Below the pieces are notes generated by a model. The model saw only the letters and a list, made by a program, of their open reading frames with translations. It searched no databases and was not told where the DNA came from. Shown here piece after piece: positions 1-9,127 of a stretch of 40,913 bases of DNA; positions within the stretch are counted from its first letter, which is position 1; the number at the start of each line of letters is the position of its first letter. Made by a program: the position numbers and the translations under genes. The stretch is from assembly GCA_964611195.1 (NCBI GenBank), contig CAZSXA010000002.1, positions 1 to 40,913 on the forward strand, read 5' to 3'. The DNA comes from an uncultured Bauldia sp. (lineage in GTDB: Bacteria > Pseudomonadota > Alphaproteobacteria > Rhizobiales > Kaistiaceae).

Positions 1-926
1 GCCTCTTCCTCTGCCGCCTCGGCCACATCGGCGTCAGGCGATATCGAGACGAGGTAGGCGAGACCATCGTGGCGCGATTCGTCGTCGTCCATTCCGGGAT
101 AGCCCATCCGCGTCCCCGGAATCGCGTCCTGCGGGTTGGCGATAAAGGCATCGAGGAGTTCGAGCGTCCAAACGGCGCCCTCGGCATTCAGTTCGGCGAA
201 GGCCTCCGAGTAGTTGAAGCCCTCAGCGCCGCCCACCGGCGCCCCAACGATATTGTGGAGATTCGGGCCAACGCCGTTGGCGCCGCCCTCGTTGAAGCTG
301 TGACACCCGACGCAAGCGCGGAAGGCCGCCTCGCCGGAATCGGCATCCGCGGCCGCGACCATGGCTGCGAGGCCTTCGGGCTCCTCGCCTTCAGCTTCGC
401 CTTCGCCGTCGGCCTCGAGCGCACCCTCCGGCACCTCGATCGGCTCCGGCTCGTCGGACAGTGTGCGCAGGTAGGCGATGACGGCGGCGCGATCATCCTC
501 GTCGCCGATGCCGCCGAAGCTCATGATCGTTCCGGGGACGGCCGTGGACGGAGACTGCAGGAACGCGTCGAGGCGCTCGTAGGTCCAGGTCGCGCCTTCG
601 TCGTTGAGGGACACAAGAGCGTCGGAGTAGTTGAAATCGTGCGCAGCGACAGGCGCTCCGACGACGTCGTACAACGTCGGGCCGACGCGCGCTGCGCCGC
701 CCTCCTCGAACGAGTGACACCCTGCACAAGCAACGGCGGCCGCCTCGCCATCAGCCGGGTCCGCCTGCGCGATCCGGACAAGAAGCGCTTCGGCTTCCGT
801 CAGCTCTACGTGCTCTTCCTCGCCATGCTCCGGCTCTTCCGGGCCGAACAGCTCTTCTGAAGCGATCCTCAATGCAACGAGGACCAGAAGTGTGCCCAAA
901 ACCGCGCCAGCAATTTTATTGAACAT
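1..926 (-). CDS. membrane-anchored di-haem class I cytochrome c (c2/c552-like tandem); 3' end runs off the left edge
   Basis: Absent from the ORF track because there is no stop in the window. Reverse-strand reading from ATG at 926-924 gives MFNKIAGAVLGTLLVLVALRIASEE (N-terminal TM anchor). Two modules follow, each with CxxCH (CAGCH with the His codon at 716-714; CVGCH with the His codon at 302-300). Each also has GP.L..V.G and a distal Met region (PGTIMSFGG, PGTRMGYPG). An acidic linker EPEPIEVPEGALEADGEGEAEGEEPEG separates them. The frame stays open to position 1. Confidence 0.75.
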   Translation of the reverse strand, partial: MFNKIAGAVLGTLLVLVALRIASEELFGPEEPEHGEEEHVELTEAEALLVRIAQADPADGEAAAVACAGCHSFEEGGAARVGPTLYDVVGAPVAAHDFNYSDALVSLNDEGATWTYERLDAFLQSPSTAVPGTIMSFGGIGDEDDRAAVIAYLRTLSDEPEPIEVPEGALEADGEGEAEGEEPEGLAAMVAAADADSGEAAFRACVGCHSFNEGGANGVGPNLHNIVGAPVGGAEGFNYSEAFAELNAEGAVWTLELLDAFIANPQDAIPGTRMGYPGMDDDESRHDGLAYLVSISPDADVAEAAEEE

Positions 927-1224
927 ATTGTGCCCCGCGCTCCGCTTTCCCTCAGGCAGGCAACACCCAACCCCAGCTGGCCGGAAAATGCCCCCAGTTT
1001 CCGCAAGTTTATGCGGCGGAAGCTATAGGGGTTTGCGCAGATGATGCAACTCCTAACCCCCTGTCTCCCCGTGCCCTTAGATGCGACATTGTGGGTACAT
1101 TCGCGCCACAGCGGGTCTGGGAACCGGCGTTGACGGTAGGCGCGGGGGTGCGCTAGTCGGCGCTACCGATGTAACTGCGACATTCCAGTCACAGTGCACG
1201 GCGGACGGATTGTCGCAGACCGCC

Positions 1225-2076
1225 ATGAAGCAGATCGTCTTCCAGGGAGAGCCCGGCTCCAACTCGCACATCGCCTGCGGCGAGGCGTTTCCCGACCTCA
1301 CGCCCCGACCGATGCCGACCTTCGAGGATTGCTTCGCGGCCGTCAGCTCGGGCGAAGTCGATCTCGGGCTGATCCCGATCGAGAACTCGCTGGCCGGGCG
1401 CGTCGCCGATATCCACCATCTTCTGCCGCATTCCGACCTGCACATCGCCGGCGAGCATTTCATGCCGATCCGTTTCCAGCTGCTCGGCCTGCCGTCGGCG
1501 AGACTTGAGGGGATCCGGACCGTCCACAGTCACATCCACGCGCTCGGCCAGTGCCGCAACGCGATTCGTACACATGGCTGGAAGCCGGTGACCGAGGGCG
1601 ACACCGCCGGGTCGGCGCGGATGATCGCCGAGCGCGGGGACCCGACGGCGGCCGCGATCGCGCCGCGGTTGGCGGCGGAACTCTACGGACTCGACGTCCT
1701 CGCCGAGAACATCGAGGACGAGAGCTACAATGTGACGCGGTTCATCGTGCTCTCGCGCGAGGCGACTATTCCGCCCAATGGCGGGCCGACGATCACCAGC
1801 TTCGTCTTCAAGGTGCGCAACGTTCCGGCCGCGCTCTACAAGGTGCTCGGCGGCTTCGCGACCAACGGCGTCAACATGACGAAGCTCGAATCCTATCAGC
1901 TCGACGGGCGCTTCTTCGCGACCCAGTTCTACGCCGAGGTCGACGGTCACCCCGAGGACCGCTCGCTGCAGCTGTCGCTCGAAGAGCTCGACTTCTTCAC
2001 GGCCGAGCACCGGATACTCGGCGTTTTCCCCGCCCACCCCTTCCGCAAGGAGCTCGCGGCGGGCGCTCGGTCCTGA
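1225..2076 (+). CDS. pheA: prephenate dehydratase
   Basis: Internal ATG at 1225 of ORF 1081..2076 (MKQIVFQGEPGSNSH). Motifs seen: IPIENSLAGRV, NVTRFIVL, and a C-terminal ACT-like region (MTKLESYQ). The 48 codons upstream are Arg/Gly-rich and unlike the family N-terminus. Confidence 0.9.
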   Translation: MKQIVFQGEPGSNSHIACGEAFPDLTPRPMPTFEDCFAAVSSGEVDLGLIPIENSLAGRVADIHHLLPHSDLHIAGEHFMPIRFQLLGLPSARLEGIRTVHSHIHALGQCRNAIRTHGWKPVTEGDTAGSARMIAERGDPTAAAIAPRLAAELYGLDVLAENIEDESYNVTRFIVLSREATIPPNGGPTITSFVFKVRNVPAALYKVLGGFATNGVNMTKLESYQLDGRFFATQFYAEVDGHPEDRSLQLSLEELDFFTAEHRILGVFPAHPFRKELAAGARS

Positions 2077-2118
2077 CCTGCCCTTGCCTCCCGGCTCCGA
2101 CGGCATGATATGGTCGAA

Positions 2119-2217
2119 GGTGGGAGGTTGGCAGTGGACGCGTCCCTCGCCAACCGGGTCAGGTCCGGAAGGAAGCAGCCCCAACGAGTCCGGCGCGGGT
2201 CACGCGTCAGCCTCCCA
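2119..2217 (+). ncRNA. ffs: signal recognition particle RNA (4.5S-type, small SRP RNA); ends approximate
   Basis: GGTCAGGTCCGGAAGGAAGCAGCC at 2157-2180 matches the conserved domain IV core of bacterial 4.5S RNA. The flanks GTGGGAGGTTGGC (about 2120-2132) and GTCAGCCTCCCAC (about 2206-2218) can pair as the closing rod helix. The position immediately upstream of dnaX is a common ffs location. Confidence 0.8.
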
Positions 2218-2271
2218 CTCCTTCGCGGCGCCGGCCCTGTCCGGACGCTCCGGCCCGGTCCGAGACGAGCG

Positions 2272-4068
2272 ATGAGCCAACCCTCTTCCAACGACGCCGC
2301 GGCCAAGGCCGCACCCTATCGGGTTCTGGCGCGCAAATACCGGCCGCAGAGCTTCGCCGACCTCATCGGCCAGGAGCCGATGGTCCGGACGCTGACCAAT
2401 GCCTTCGAGAGCGGTCGCATCGCGCAGGCCTATCTGCTCACCGGCGTCCGCGGCGTCGGCAAGACCAGTACCGCACGGATCCTGGCGCGCGCGCTCAACT
2501 ACCAACTGGCCGGCGGGCCGGACCGGCCCTCGGTCGATTTCACCGAGCCGGGCGAGCACTGCGCCGCCATCATCGAGGGCCGGCATATCGACGTGATCGA
2601 GATGGACGCCGCCTCCCACACAGGCATCGGCGACATCCGCGAGATCATCGAGGCGGTCCGCTACAAGCCGTCGATCGCGCGCTACAAGGTCTACATCATC
2701 GACGAAGTGCACATGCTGTCGAACCAGGCGTTCAACGGCCTCCTCAAGACGCTGGAAGAGCCGCCCGAGCATGTGAAGTTCATCTTCGCCACCACCGAGG
2801 TCCGCAAGGTCCCGGTGACGATCCTGTCGCGGTGTCAGCGCTTCGACCTTCGCCGCATCGACGCCGACCGTCTGGTGGCGCTCCTCGGCGAGGTCGCCGC
2901 GAAGGAGAATGTGGCGATCGCGCCGGACGCGCTGGCGATGCTGGCGCGGGCGGCGGAGGGCTCGGCCCGCGATGCGCTCTCGCTGTTCGATCAGGCCATC
3001 GCCAATGCCCCGAGCGGCGACACAATCGAGGCAGACGGGCTCCGCGCCATGCTCGGCCTCGCCGACCGCGGGCGGGTCATCGACCTTTACGAGACGCTGA
3101 TGCGCGGCGACGCTCCGGCCGCGCTCGATATCCTCGCCGAACTCCACGACGTCGGTGCCGACCCCGCCGCTGTGCTGGAGGACCTCGCGACCTTCACCCA
3201 TCTCGTGACGCGGATGAAGATGGCGACGAATGCTGCCGACGATCCGAGCCTCACCGAGGAGGAGCGGACGCGCGGCGGCAAGCTCTCCGAACAGCTCTCG
3301 GTTCGCACGCTGTCGCGCGCCTGGCAGATGCTTCTGAAAGGCATTGATGAAGCGCGCGAGGCCTCACGCCCGCTCGCGGCCGCCGACATGGTGCTGGTGC
3401 GTATCGCCCACGCCGCCGACCTGCCGACACCCGACGAAGCGATCCGAACGCTGCGTGACGGTGCGCCGGCGACGAATGGCGGTGGAAGCGCCGCGTCCGC
3501 GTCGGTCCCAGCGGCGCCGCCGCCGTCCGCCGAGGCGCGGTCGTCTCCGGCACGCGAGCCGCGAATGGCGTCAACGGCTGCGGCCGCCGTCGCGGAACCC
3601 GCGCCGGAATCTGCGCCGGAGGAGAGCGGGCAGCCCGCTCCACAAAGCCTCGACGAAGTGATCGCGCTAGCCGCGGAGAAGCGCGACCTGCCTCTGAAGC
3701 TGGGGCTCGAACGCTACGTGCGGCTGGTGAAGTTCGAGCCGGGCCGCATTCAGATGGGGCTGACGCCGGACGCGCCGCCCAGCTTTTCCGGCGATCTCGG
3801 CAAGCGCCTTCTGGAATGGACCGGCCGGCGCTGGGTCATCACCATAGACCGCGAAGCGACCGCCGAGACGCTGTTCGAGAAGCAGGCCGCGGCAAAGGCC
3901 GTCCTGGAAAACGACGTTCGTCAGGATCCTGTGGTCGCAGCGGTGCTGTCGCGCTTTCCGGGATCGGAAATCGTCGACATCCGCATGACGGGGCAGACCG
4001 AACCCGGAGACGATCCATCGATCGTTTCCGACAACGACATCACGGACGAAGATCCGGCAGAGGAGTAA
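2272..4068 (+). CDS. dnaX: DNA polymerase III subunit gamma/tau
   Basis: ATG at 2272 ([21 protein letters not shown]). Motifs seen: Walker [22 protein letters not shown]. Long Ala/Pro-rich tau-type C-terminal half. The track start at 2110 would overlap ffs. Confidence 0.95.
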   Translation: MSQPSSNDAAAKAAPYRVLARKYRPQSFADLIGQEPMVRTLTNAFESGRIAQAYLLTGVRGVGKTSTARILARALNYQLAGGPDRPSVDFTEPGEHCAAIIEGRHIDVIEMDAASHTGIGDIREIIEAVRYKPSIARYKVYIIDEVHMLSNQAFNGLLKTLEEPPEHVKFIFATTEVRKVPVTILSRCQRFDLRRIDADRLVALLGEVAAKENVAIAPDALAMLARAAEGSARDALSLFDQAIANAPSGDTIEADGLRAMLGLADRGRVIDLYETLMRGDAPAALDILAELHDVGADPAAVLEDLATFTHLVTRMKMATNAADDPSLTEEERTRGGKLSEQLSVRTLSRAWQMLLKGIDEAREASRPLAAADMVLVRIAHAADLPTPDEAIRTLRDGAPATNGGGSAASASVPAAPPPSAEARSSPAREPRMASTAAAAVAEPAPESAPEESGQPAPQSLDEVIALAAEKRDLPLKLGLERYVRLVKFEPGRIQMGLTPDAPPSFSGDLGKRLLEWTGRRWVITIDREATAETLFEKQAAAKAVLENDVRQDPVVAAVLSRFPGSEIVDIRMTGQTEPGDDPSIVSDNDITDEDPAEE

Positions 4069-4070
4069 CG

Positions 4071-4394
4071 ATGCGCGACTTGATGGGCATGATGAAGCAG
4101 GCAAAGGAACTGCAGACACGCATGCAGGAGATGCAGGAGAAGGTCGCCGCGATCGAGGTATCGGGGACGGCCGGCGGCGGTCTCATCGAGGTGACGCTCT
4201 CCGGCAAGGGCGACATGAAGGCGGTGAAGATCGACCCGTCGCTGATCAAGCCGGACGAGGCGGAGATTCTCGAAGACCTCCTTCTCGCCGCCCACAACGA
4301 CGCGCGCGCCAAGCTCGAGACCAAGACGGCCGAATTGGCGCAGGAGGCGACCGGCGGTCTGCCGCTGCCGCCAGGCATGAAGCTGCCGTTCTAA
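4071..4394 (+). CDS. ybaB: YbaB/EbfC family nucleoid-associated protein
   Basis: ATG at 4071, two nt after the dnaX stop, with GAGGAG upstream. Sequence [51 protein letters not shown] is typical of the family. Confidence 0.95.
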   Translation: MRDLMGMMKQAKELQTRMQEMQEKVAAIEVSGTAGGGLIEVTLSGKGDMKAVKIDPSLIKPDEAEILEDLLLAAHNDARAKLETKTAELAQEATGGLPLPPGMKLPF

Positions 4395-4403
4395 GGACAG
4401 GTC

Positions 4404-4799
4404 ATGGCAATCCCGACGGAATACACGCCAGGCGTCTGCAATATCGGTCCGGCAGAGATCGCGCGGAGGATGCGCACCGGCTACGTTGGAGCGCTGGTGT
4501 TCGTTCTCGTGTTTGCGCTGCTGTTCGTTCTGGATGCGGCGGCAGGATGGTACCTCCTGCTCTTCTTCCCGGCCTTCGCCTCGGCGTCGGGTTTCGTTCA
4601 GGCGGCCTACCGGTTCTGCTACGCCTTCGGGTTCGGATCGCTATTCAATTTCGGCGAGCTCGGACAGCAGCAGGGCGTCACCGACGACGCCGCTCGGCGG
4701 CAGGACCGCGCCAAGGCAATCCGCGTCGTCGTCACGACGATGCTGATCGCCGGCGGCGTGACGCTGATCGTGTTCGGCCTCATGCTCAGCGTCGGCTAG
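4404..4799 (+). CDS. hypothetical small integral membrane protein (about 3 TM segments)
   Basis: 131-aa ORF packed between ybaB (ends 4394) and recR (starts 4803), with AAGGA upstream. GC3-rich codon usage. Hydrophobic stretches VGALVFVLVFALLFVL, WYLLLFFPAFASASGF and VVVTTMLIAGGVTLIVFGLML. N-terminal GVCNIGPAEIARR. No family recognised. Confidence 0.6.
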   Translation: MAIPTEYTPGVCNIGPAEIARRMRTGYVGALVFVLVFALLFVLDAAAGWYLLLFFPAFASASGFVQAAYRFCYAFGFGSLFNFGELGQQQGVTDDAARRQDRAKAIRVVVTTMLIAGGVTLIVFGLMLSVG

Positions 4800-4802
4800 C
4801 CG

Positions 4803-5408
4803 ATGAGCCGCGGCGTTGCCGGCCCGGAGATCGAACATCTGGTGCAGCTGCTGGCGCGGCTGCCGGGGCTCGGGCCGCGCTCGGCACGGCGCGCCGCATT
4901 GCACCTGATTCAGAAGAAGGATCAGCTGCTGGTTCCCCTGACTCGCGCGATGGAAGCGGCTGAGGAGCGCGTTGTCGTCTGCTCCGAATGCGGCAACATC
5001 GACACCGCCGACCCCTGTTCGATCTGCACCGATGCACGCCGCGACCCCAATGCGATTGTCGTCGTCGAGGACGTCGCGGATCTCTGGGCGCTCGAACGCG
5101 CCGCCGCGATCAACGCGCGCTATCACGTTCTCGGCGGCACGCTGTCGGCACTCGATGGCGTCGGACCGGACGACCTTTCCATCGACCGGCTCGTCCAGCG
5201 CGTTGCCTCCGGCGGTGTGAACGAAGTGATCCTGGCGGTGAACGCCACCGTCGACGGCCAGACGACAGCGCATTTCATCACCGACCAACTCGCCCCCACG
5301 GGTGTCAAGGTCTCGCGCCTTGCTCATGGCGTGCCGGTCGGCGGCGAGCTCGACTATCTCGACGAGGGAACGCTGTCGGCGGCGATGCGAAGCAGGACGC
5401 CCTTCTGA
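4803..5408 (+). CDS. recR: recombination protein RecR
   Basis: Helix-hairpin-helix N-terminus ([15 protein letters not shown]), zinc finger [16 protein letters not shown], and a Toprim region ([13 protein letters not shown]). Confidence 0.95.
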   Translation: MSRGVAGPEIEHLVQLLARLPGLGPRSARRAALHLIQKKDQLLVPLTRAMEAAEERVVVCSECGNIDTADPCSICTDARRDPNAIVVVEDVADLWALERAAAINARYHVLGGTLSALDGVGPDDLSIDRLVQRVASGGVNEVILAVNATVDGQTTAHFITDQLAPTGVKVSRLAHGVPVGGELDYLDEGTLSAAMRSRTPF

Positions 5409-6016
5409 TGCAGCCTTCCCCCGCCGATCTCGATGCCATCCATTTGTTCTGGTTCGGCGAATTGTCCGGCCCCGAGGCCGAGGTGGGCGAGCGGATGCGC
5501 GCCTGGTTCGCCAGGGACGACGCGTTCGACGCCGCCATCCGCGAGCGCTTCGGCGCGATGATCGCGCCCGCCGCCGAGGCGAGCTGGGACCTCGCGGCCC
5601 TGTCGCGAACGCAGCAGGTCGGCCTGGTCATCCTTCTCGATCAGTTTCCGCGGAACGTTTTCCGCAGCAGCGCCGAGTCGTTTGCCTACGACGCCAAGGC
5701 GCGGGCCGTTGCCGGCGAACTGATCGCGAGTGGTATCGACCGCTTCTATCTCGCTGAACGGATGTTTCTGCTTCTTCCGGAGATGCACAGCGAGGACATC
5801 GACGATCAGGACCGCTGCGTGCTGCGGTTCGCCGAGGAGGTCGTGAAGGCGCCGACGAACTGGAAAGGCGGCTTTCGAAACGGCCTCGACTTCGCGATCA
5901 AGCACCGCGACCTGATCGTCAAGTTCGGCCGCTTCCCGCATCGCAATGAAGCGCTCGGCCGGGAAACGACGGCAGATGAAGCGGCGTTTCTCTCCGAGAA
6001 CGGTCGCGGCTTCTGA
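5408..6016 (+). CDS. DUF924 family protein
   Basis: ATG at 5408 overlaps the recR TGA (TGATG). Characteristic LDQFPRNVFR and RFPHRNEALGR motifs. Confidence 0.8.
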   Translation: MQPSPADLDAIHLFWFGELSGPEAEVGERMRAWFARDDAFDAAIRERFGAMIAPAAEASWDLAALSRTQQVGLVILLDQFPRNVFRSSAESFAYDAKARAVAGELIASGIDRFYLAERMFLLLPEMHSEDIDDQDRCVLRFAEEVVKAPTNWKGGFRNGLDFAIKHRDLIVKFGRFPHRNEALGRETTADEAAFLSENGRGF

Positions 6017-6019
6017 GGC

Positions 6020-7141
6020 CTACTCACCCGCCAGCCGGAACTCGGGATCGGGGCGCGGATCGTCGCCGAAATCGAGGGCGTCGATCTTCTCGCCGCGGCT
6101 CGAAATTTTCCGGGTCGAGATGAGGATGTCGTCGATGTCCTTGTTGGCCTGCCCAAAATGCGTGTGCAGCTTGCGGACGCGATCGTCGAGGCGGCCGACA
6201 TCGTCCATCAGGCGGATGACCTCGTCACGGACGAGATGCGCCTGCTCCTTGATGCGGCTGTCGCGGAGCACCGCCTGGATCACCTGGATCGACAGCATCA
6301 ATAGCGACGGCGACACGATGACGACGCGCGCGCGATGGGCGAACTGCACGAGGTCGTCGAAGTCCTGATTGATGTCGGCGAAGATCGACTCCGAGGGCAC
6401 GAACATGAAGGCGGTGTCCTGCGTCTCGCCGGAGACGAGGTAGCGGTCGCGGATCGCGGTGATGTGGGTGCGAACGTCCTGGCGGAACCGGGTCTCCGCA
6501 GCCTTCCGTGCCGCCGGTTCGTCGGTCTTCAGTGCGTTCCACGCCTCGAGCGGGAACTTCGCGTCGATGACGAGGTCCGGCGTTTCGCCGGGAAAGTAGA
6601 CGAGGCAGTCCGGCCGGCGGCCATTCGAGAGCGTCACCTGAAAGGAGTAGCTCCCCTGCGGCAGGCCGTCCTGGATGATCGTTTCCATGCGCGCCTGGCC
6701 GAAGGCACCGCGGGTCTGCTTGTTGGACAGAACATTCTGCAGATCGACCATCTGGCCCGACAGTTCGGTGATGTTGGCCTGAGCGCGATCGATCACCGCC
6801 AGCCGTTCATGCAGCCGGGAGAGACTCTCATTGGTGCTGCGATTGGTCTCGTTCATCGACTGGCCGAGGCGATGGCCGAGCCCGTCGAGCCTTTCGGAAA
6901 CCGCGCGGGCAAGCTCCGACTGGCGGCTGCCGACAGAATCCATCGCCGACTGCATGCGCCCGGAAAGCTCGATCTGCGCCTTCGCCAGATGCGCGAAACG
7001 GGCCTCGGTGCGGGCCTGGGCTCGGCGGCCGCCGACGGTCATCGCCACCACCACGGCGAGGCCGAGCACGAGCGCCAGCCCGACAAGGGCGAGCCCGAGC
7101 GAAATCTCCTGGTTGCCCAGAGTCGCGACGATCCGATCCAT
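6020..7141 (-). CDS. rmuC: DNA recombination protein RmuC
   Basis: N-terminal TM segment, a long coiled-coil region, and a C-terminal nuclease-like region ([30 protein letters not shown]) typical of RmuC. Confidence 0.9.
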   Translation of the reverse strand: MDRIVATLGNQEISLGLALVGLALVLGLAVVVAMTVGGRRAQARTEARFAHLAKAQIELSGRMQSAMDSVGSRQSELARAVSERLDGLGHRLGQSMNETNRSTNESLSRLHERLAVIDRAQANITELSGQMVDLQNVLSNKQTRGAFGQARMETIIQDGLPQGSYSFQVTLSNGRRPDCLVYFPGETPDLVIDAKFPLEAWNALKTDEPAARKAAETRFRQDVRTHITAIRDRYLVSGETQDTAFMFVPSESIFADINQDFDDLVQFAHRARVVIVSPSLLMLSIQVIQAVLRDSRIKEQAHLVRDEVIRLMDDVGRLDDRVRKLHTHFGQANKDIDDILISTRKISSRGEKIDALDFGDDPRPDPEFRLAGE

Positions 7142-7225
7142 CGCAACAGCTTAGCCGATTCGCGGCCATAGATCAAAACGAGAACATTCGGGTGCCGCGA
7201 TCGAGCTGCGATTGCCCGGCTCGCG

Positions 7226-7254
7226 TTGACCGCGTGGCGCGCAACTCATATCTG
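7226..7254 (+). promoter_or_regulatory. candidate sigma70-type promoter for def-fmt (TTGACC-17 nt-TATCTG)
   Basis: TTGACC at 7226-7231, a 17-nt spacer, then TATCTG at 7249-7254. The -10 element ends 6 nt before the def ATG (7261). Motif match only. Confidence 0.3.
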
Positions 7255-7260
7255 AGCGGC

Positions 7261-7809
7261 ATGGATCTCCTCGACATCATCACGATCCCGGACAAGACGC
7301 TGCGCAAGACGAGCGAGCCGATCGAACGGTTCGACGACGATCTGCAGCGCTTTCTCGATCAGATGCTGGCGACGATGTATGACGCGCCCGGCATCGGCCT
7401 CGCCGCCGTGCAGGTCGGCGTGCCACGCCGGCTGATCACCATCGACGTCGCCGCGAAAGAGAGCGAAGAGGACGAGGAGCGGGAGCCGACGAGGGACCCG
7501 ATCTTCCTCATCAACCCGGAGATCGTGTGGCGCTCGGACGAGGTCTCGACCTACGAGGAAGGCTGCCTGTCGATCCCGGAATACTACGCCGAGGTCGAAC
7601 GGCCGGCGAAGGTGCGGTTCCGCTATCTCGACCGCGAGGGCAACCAGCATGAGCGCGAGGCGGAGGGGCTTCTGGCGACCGTGGTGCAGCACGAGGTCGA
7701 CCACCTCGACGGCAAACTCTTCATCGACCACATCTCGAAGCTGAAGCGCGACATGGTGATCAAGAAGTTCACCAAGGCGTCGAAGCAGGGCACCAAGCCG
7801 GCGCTCTGA
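7261..7809 (+). CDS. def: peptide deformylase
   Basis: ATG at 7261 ([16 protein letters not shown]). The three PDF motifs are present: [26 protein letters not shown]. Confidence 0.95.
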   Translation: MDLLDIITIPDKTLRKTSEPIERFDDDLQRFLDQMLATMYDAPGIGLAAVQVGVPRRLITIDVAAKESEEDEEREPTRDPIFLINPEIVWRSDEVSTYEEGCLSIPEYYAEVERPAKVRFRYLDREGNQHEREAEGLLATVVQHEVDHLDGKLFIDHISKLKRDMVIKKFTKASKQGTKPAL

Positions 7810-7861
7810 TGCGCCGGTCCGCCCTCTTGGTGCAACCTTCGCCCACGGCCGAGTAGACGCC

Positions 7862-8803
7862 ATGACGCTGCGCCTCGCCTTCATGGGAACCCCCGATTTC
7901 GCGGTGCCGACGCTGACCGAGATTGTCGGCCACGGCCACGAGATCGCTGCCGTCTACACGCAGCCGCCGCGCCGCGCGGGCCGCGGCATGGCGGAGCGAC
8001 CATCGCCGGTTCAGGAGACTGGAGAGGGGTTTGGGCTCGATGTCAGGACGCCTGCATCGCTGCGCGACCCGGCCGAGCAGGAACGCTTCGCGGCGCTCGA
8101 TGTCGATGCCGCAATCGTCGTCGCCTACGGGCTGATCCTGCCGCAGGCGATCCTCGACGCACCGCGGCTCGGCGCGTTCAACCTCCACGCTTCGCTGCTG
8201 CCGCGCTGGCGCGGCGCCGCCCCGATCCAACGCGCGATCATGGCAGGCGACGCCGAGACCGGCGTGATGGTGATGCGGATGGAGGCCGGGCTGGACACCG
8301 GCCCGGTGGCGATGGCCGAGCGGACACCGATCGGCGCCGACGAGACGGCCGGCGAACTCCATGACCGCCTCGCCCGCCTCGGTGCCGATCTGATGGTCCG
8401 CGCCCTCGCCGCGCTCGAGCGCGGGGCGCTCGAGCTCAGCGCGCAACCCGAAGACGGAGTCACCTACGCCAGGAAGATCGACAAGGCCGAGGCACGGATC
8501 GATTGGTCGCGGCCGGCGGCCGATGTCCACAACCACATCCGCGGCCTGTCGCCGTTTCCGGGTGCCTGGACCGAGATGGCGATCGGCGGCGGTCCGGAGC
8601 GGGTGAAGGTGCTCGGGAGCACTGTGGCAGAGGGCGCCGGCGCGCCCGGGTCGATGCTCGACGATCGGCTGACCGTGGCGTGCGGCGACGGCGCAGTCCG
8701 GCTCCTCCGACTGCAACGGGCGGGCGGGAAGCCGATGGAGGCCGACGCATTTCTGCGGGGCGCCGGCCTCGCGCCGAATGCCGTGCTCGGGCGCTTCGAG
8801 TGA
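7862..8803 (+). CDS. fmt: methionyl-tRNA formyltransferase
   Basis: [34 protein letters not shown], and the C-terminal Fmt domain. It follows def. Confidence 0.95.
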   Translation: MTLRLAFMGTPDFAVPTLTEIVGHGHEIAAVYTQPPRRAGRGMAERPSPVQETGEGFGLDVRTPASLRDPAEQERFAALDVDAAIVVAYGLILPQAILDAPRLGAFNLHASLLPRWRGAAPIQRAIMAGDAETGVMVMRMEAGLDTGPVAMAERTPIGADETAGELHDRLARLGADLMVRALAALERGALELSAQPEDGVTYARKIDKAEARIDWSRPAADVHNHIRGLSPFPGAWTEMAIGGGPERVKVLGSTVAEGAGAPGSMLDDRLTVACGDGAVRLLRLQRAGGKPMEADAFLRGAGLAPNAVLGRFE

Positions 8804-8888
8804 GGGCGGGTTCCGCTCGGCTTGGCCGCTTGTCGGTCGGCGCGGTTGGCGCTACCGTGACGGCAATCGATCCACTGACACGAGGACA

Positions 8889-9125
8889 ATGATCATGCGT
8901 GTTCACCGGGTAATCGGCGCATTCGGGCTGGCCGCGGGCATGCTGTCTGCCGGCGCGACGGCGGCCTTCGCCACCACGGAGCCTGTAGGCGCGGCGCTCG
9001 ATGGTTCCACCGGAAGCGGCGTCATGATTGCACTGGCTGCCGTCGCGGTGATTTCGGCGGGGCTGGTCGCCTTCGGACGCGAGCGCCATCCGGCGCGCGT
9101 CCCCGCCCGTTCGCGCCGCCGCTAG
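8889..9125 (+). CDS. hypothetical 78-aa protein: signal peptide, short spacer, C-terminal TM helix and Arg-rich tail
   Basis: ATG at 8889 with GAGGA 5 nt upstream. Sequence MIMRVHRVIGAFGLAAGMLSAGATAAFA/TTEPVGAALDGSTGSG/VMIALAAVAVISAGLVAF/GRERHPARVPARSRRR. More A/T-ending codons than its neighbours. Coding status is uncertain. Confidence 0.4.
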   Translation: MIMRVHRVIGAFGLAAGMLSAGATAAFATTEPVGAALDGSTGSGVMIALAAVAVISAGLVAFGRERHPARVPARSRRR

Positions 9126-9127
9126 CG

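Noticed and set aside
69-860. 263-aa + strand ORF at the left end
   Set aside because: It is antisense to the minus-strand di-haem cytochrome c reading frame, which has two CxxCH motifs and a TM anchor. The + ORF has no motifs.
2110-2271. N-terminal extension of dnaX from the track start at 2110
   Set aside because: It would be translated through the SRP RNA gene. The extension is Arg/Pro/Gly filler, and the family N-terminus ([10 protein letters not shown]) fits the ATG at 2272.
2272-4068. Programmed -1 frameshift site in dnaX (gamma/tau)
   Set aside because: I saw no A-rich slippery heptamer (A AAA AAG type) in the gene. Many alphaproteobacteria make only tau.
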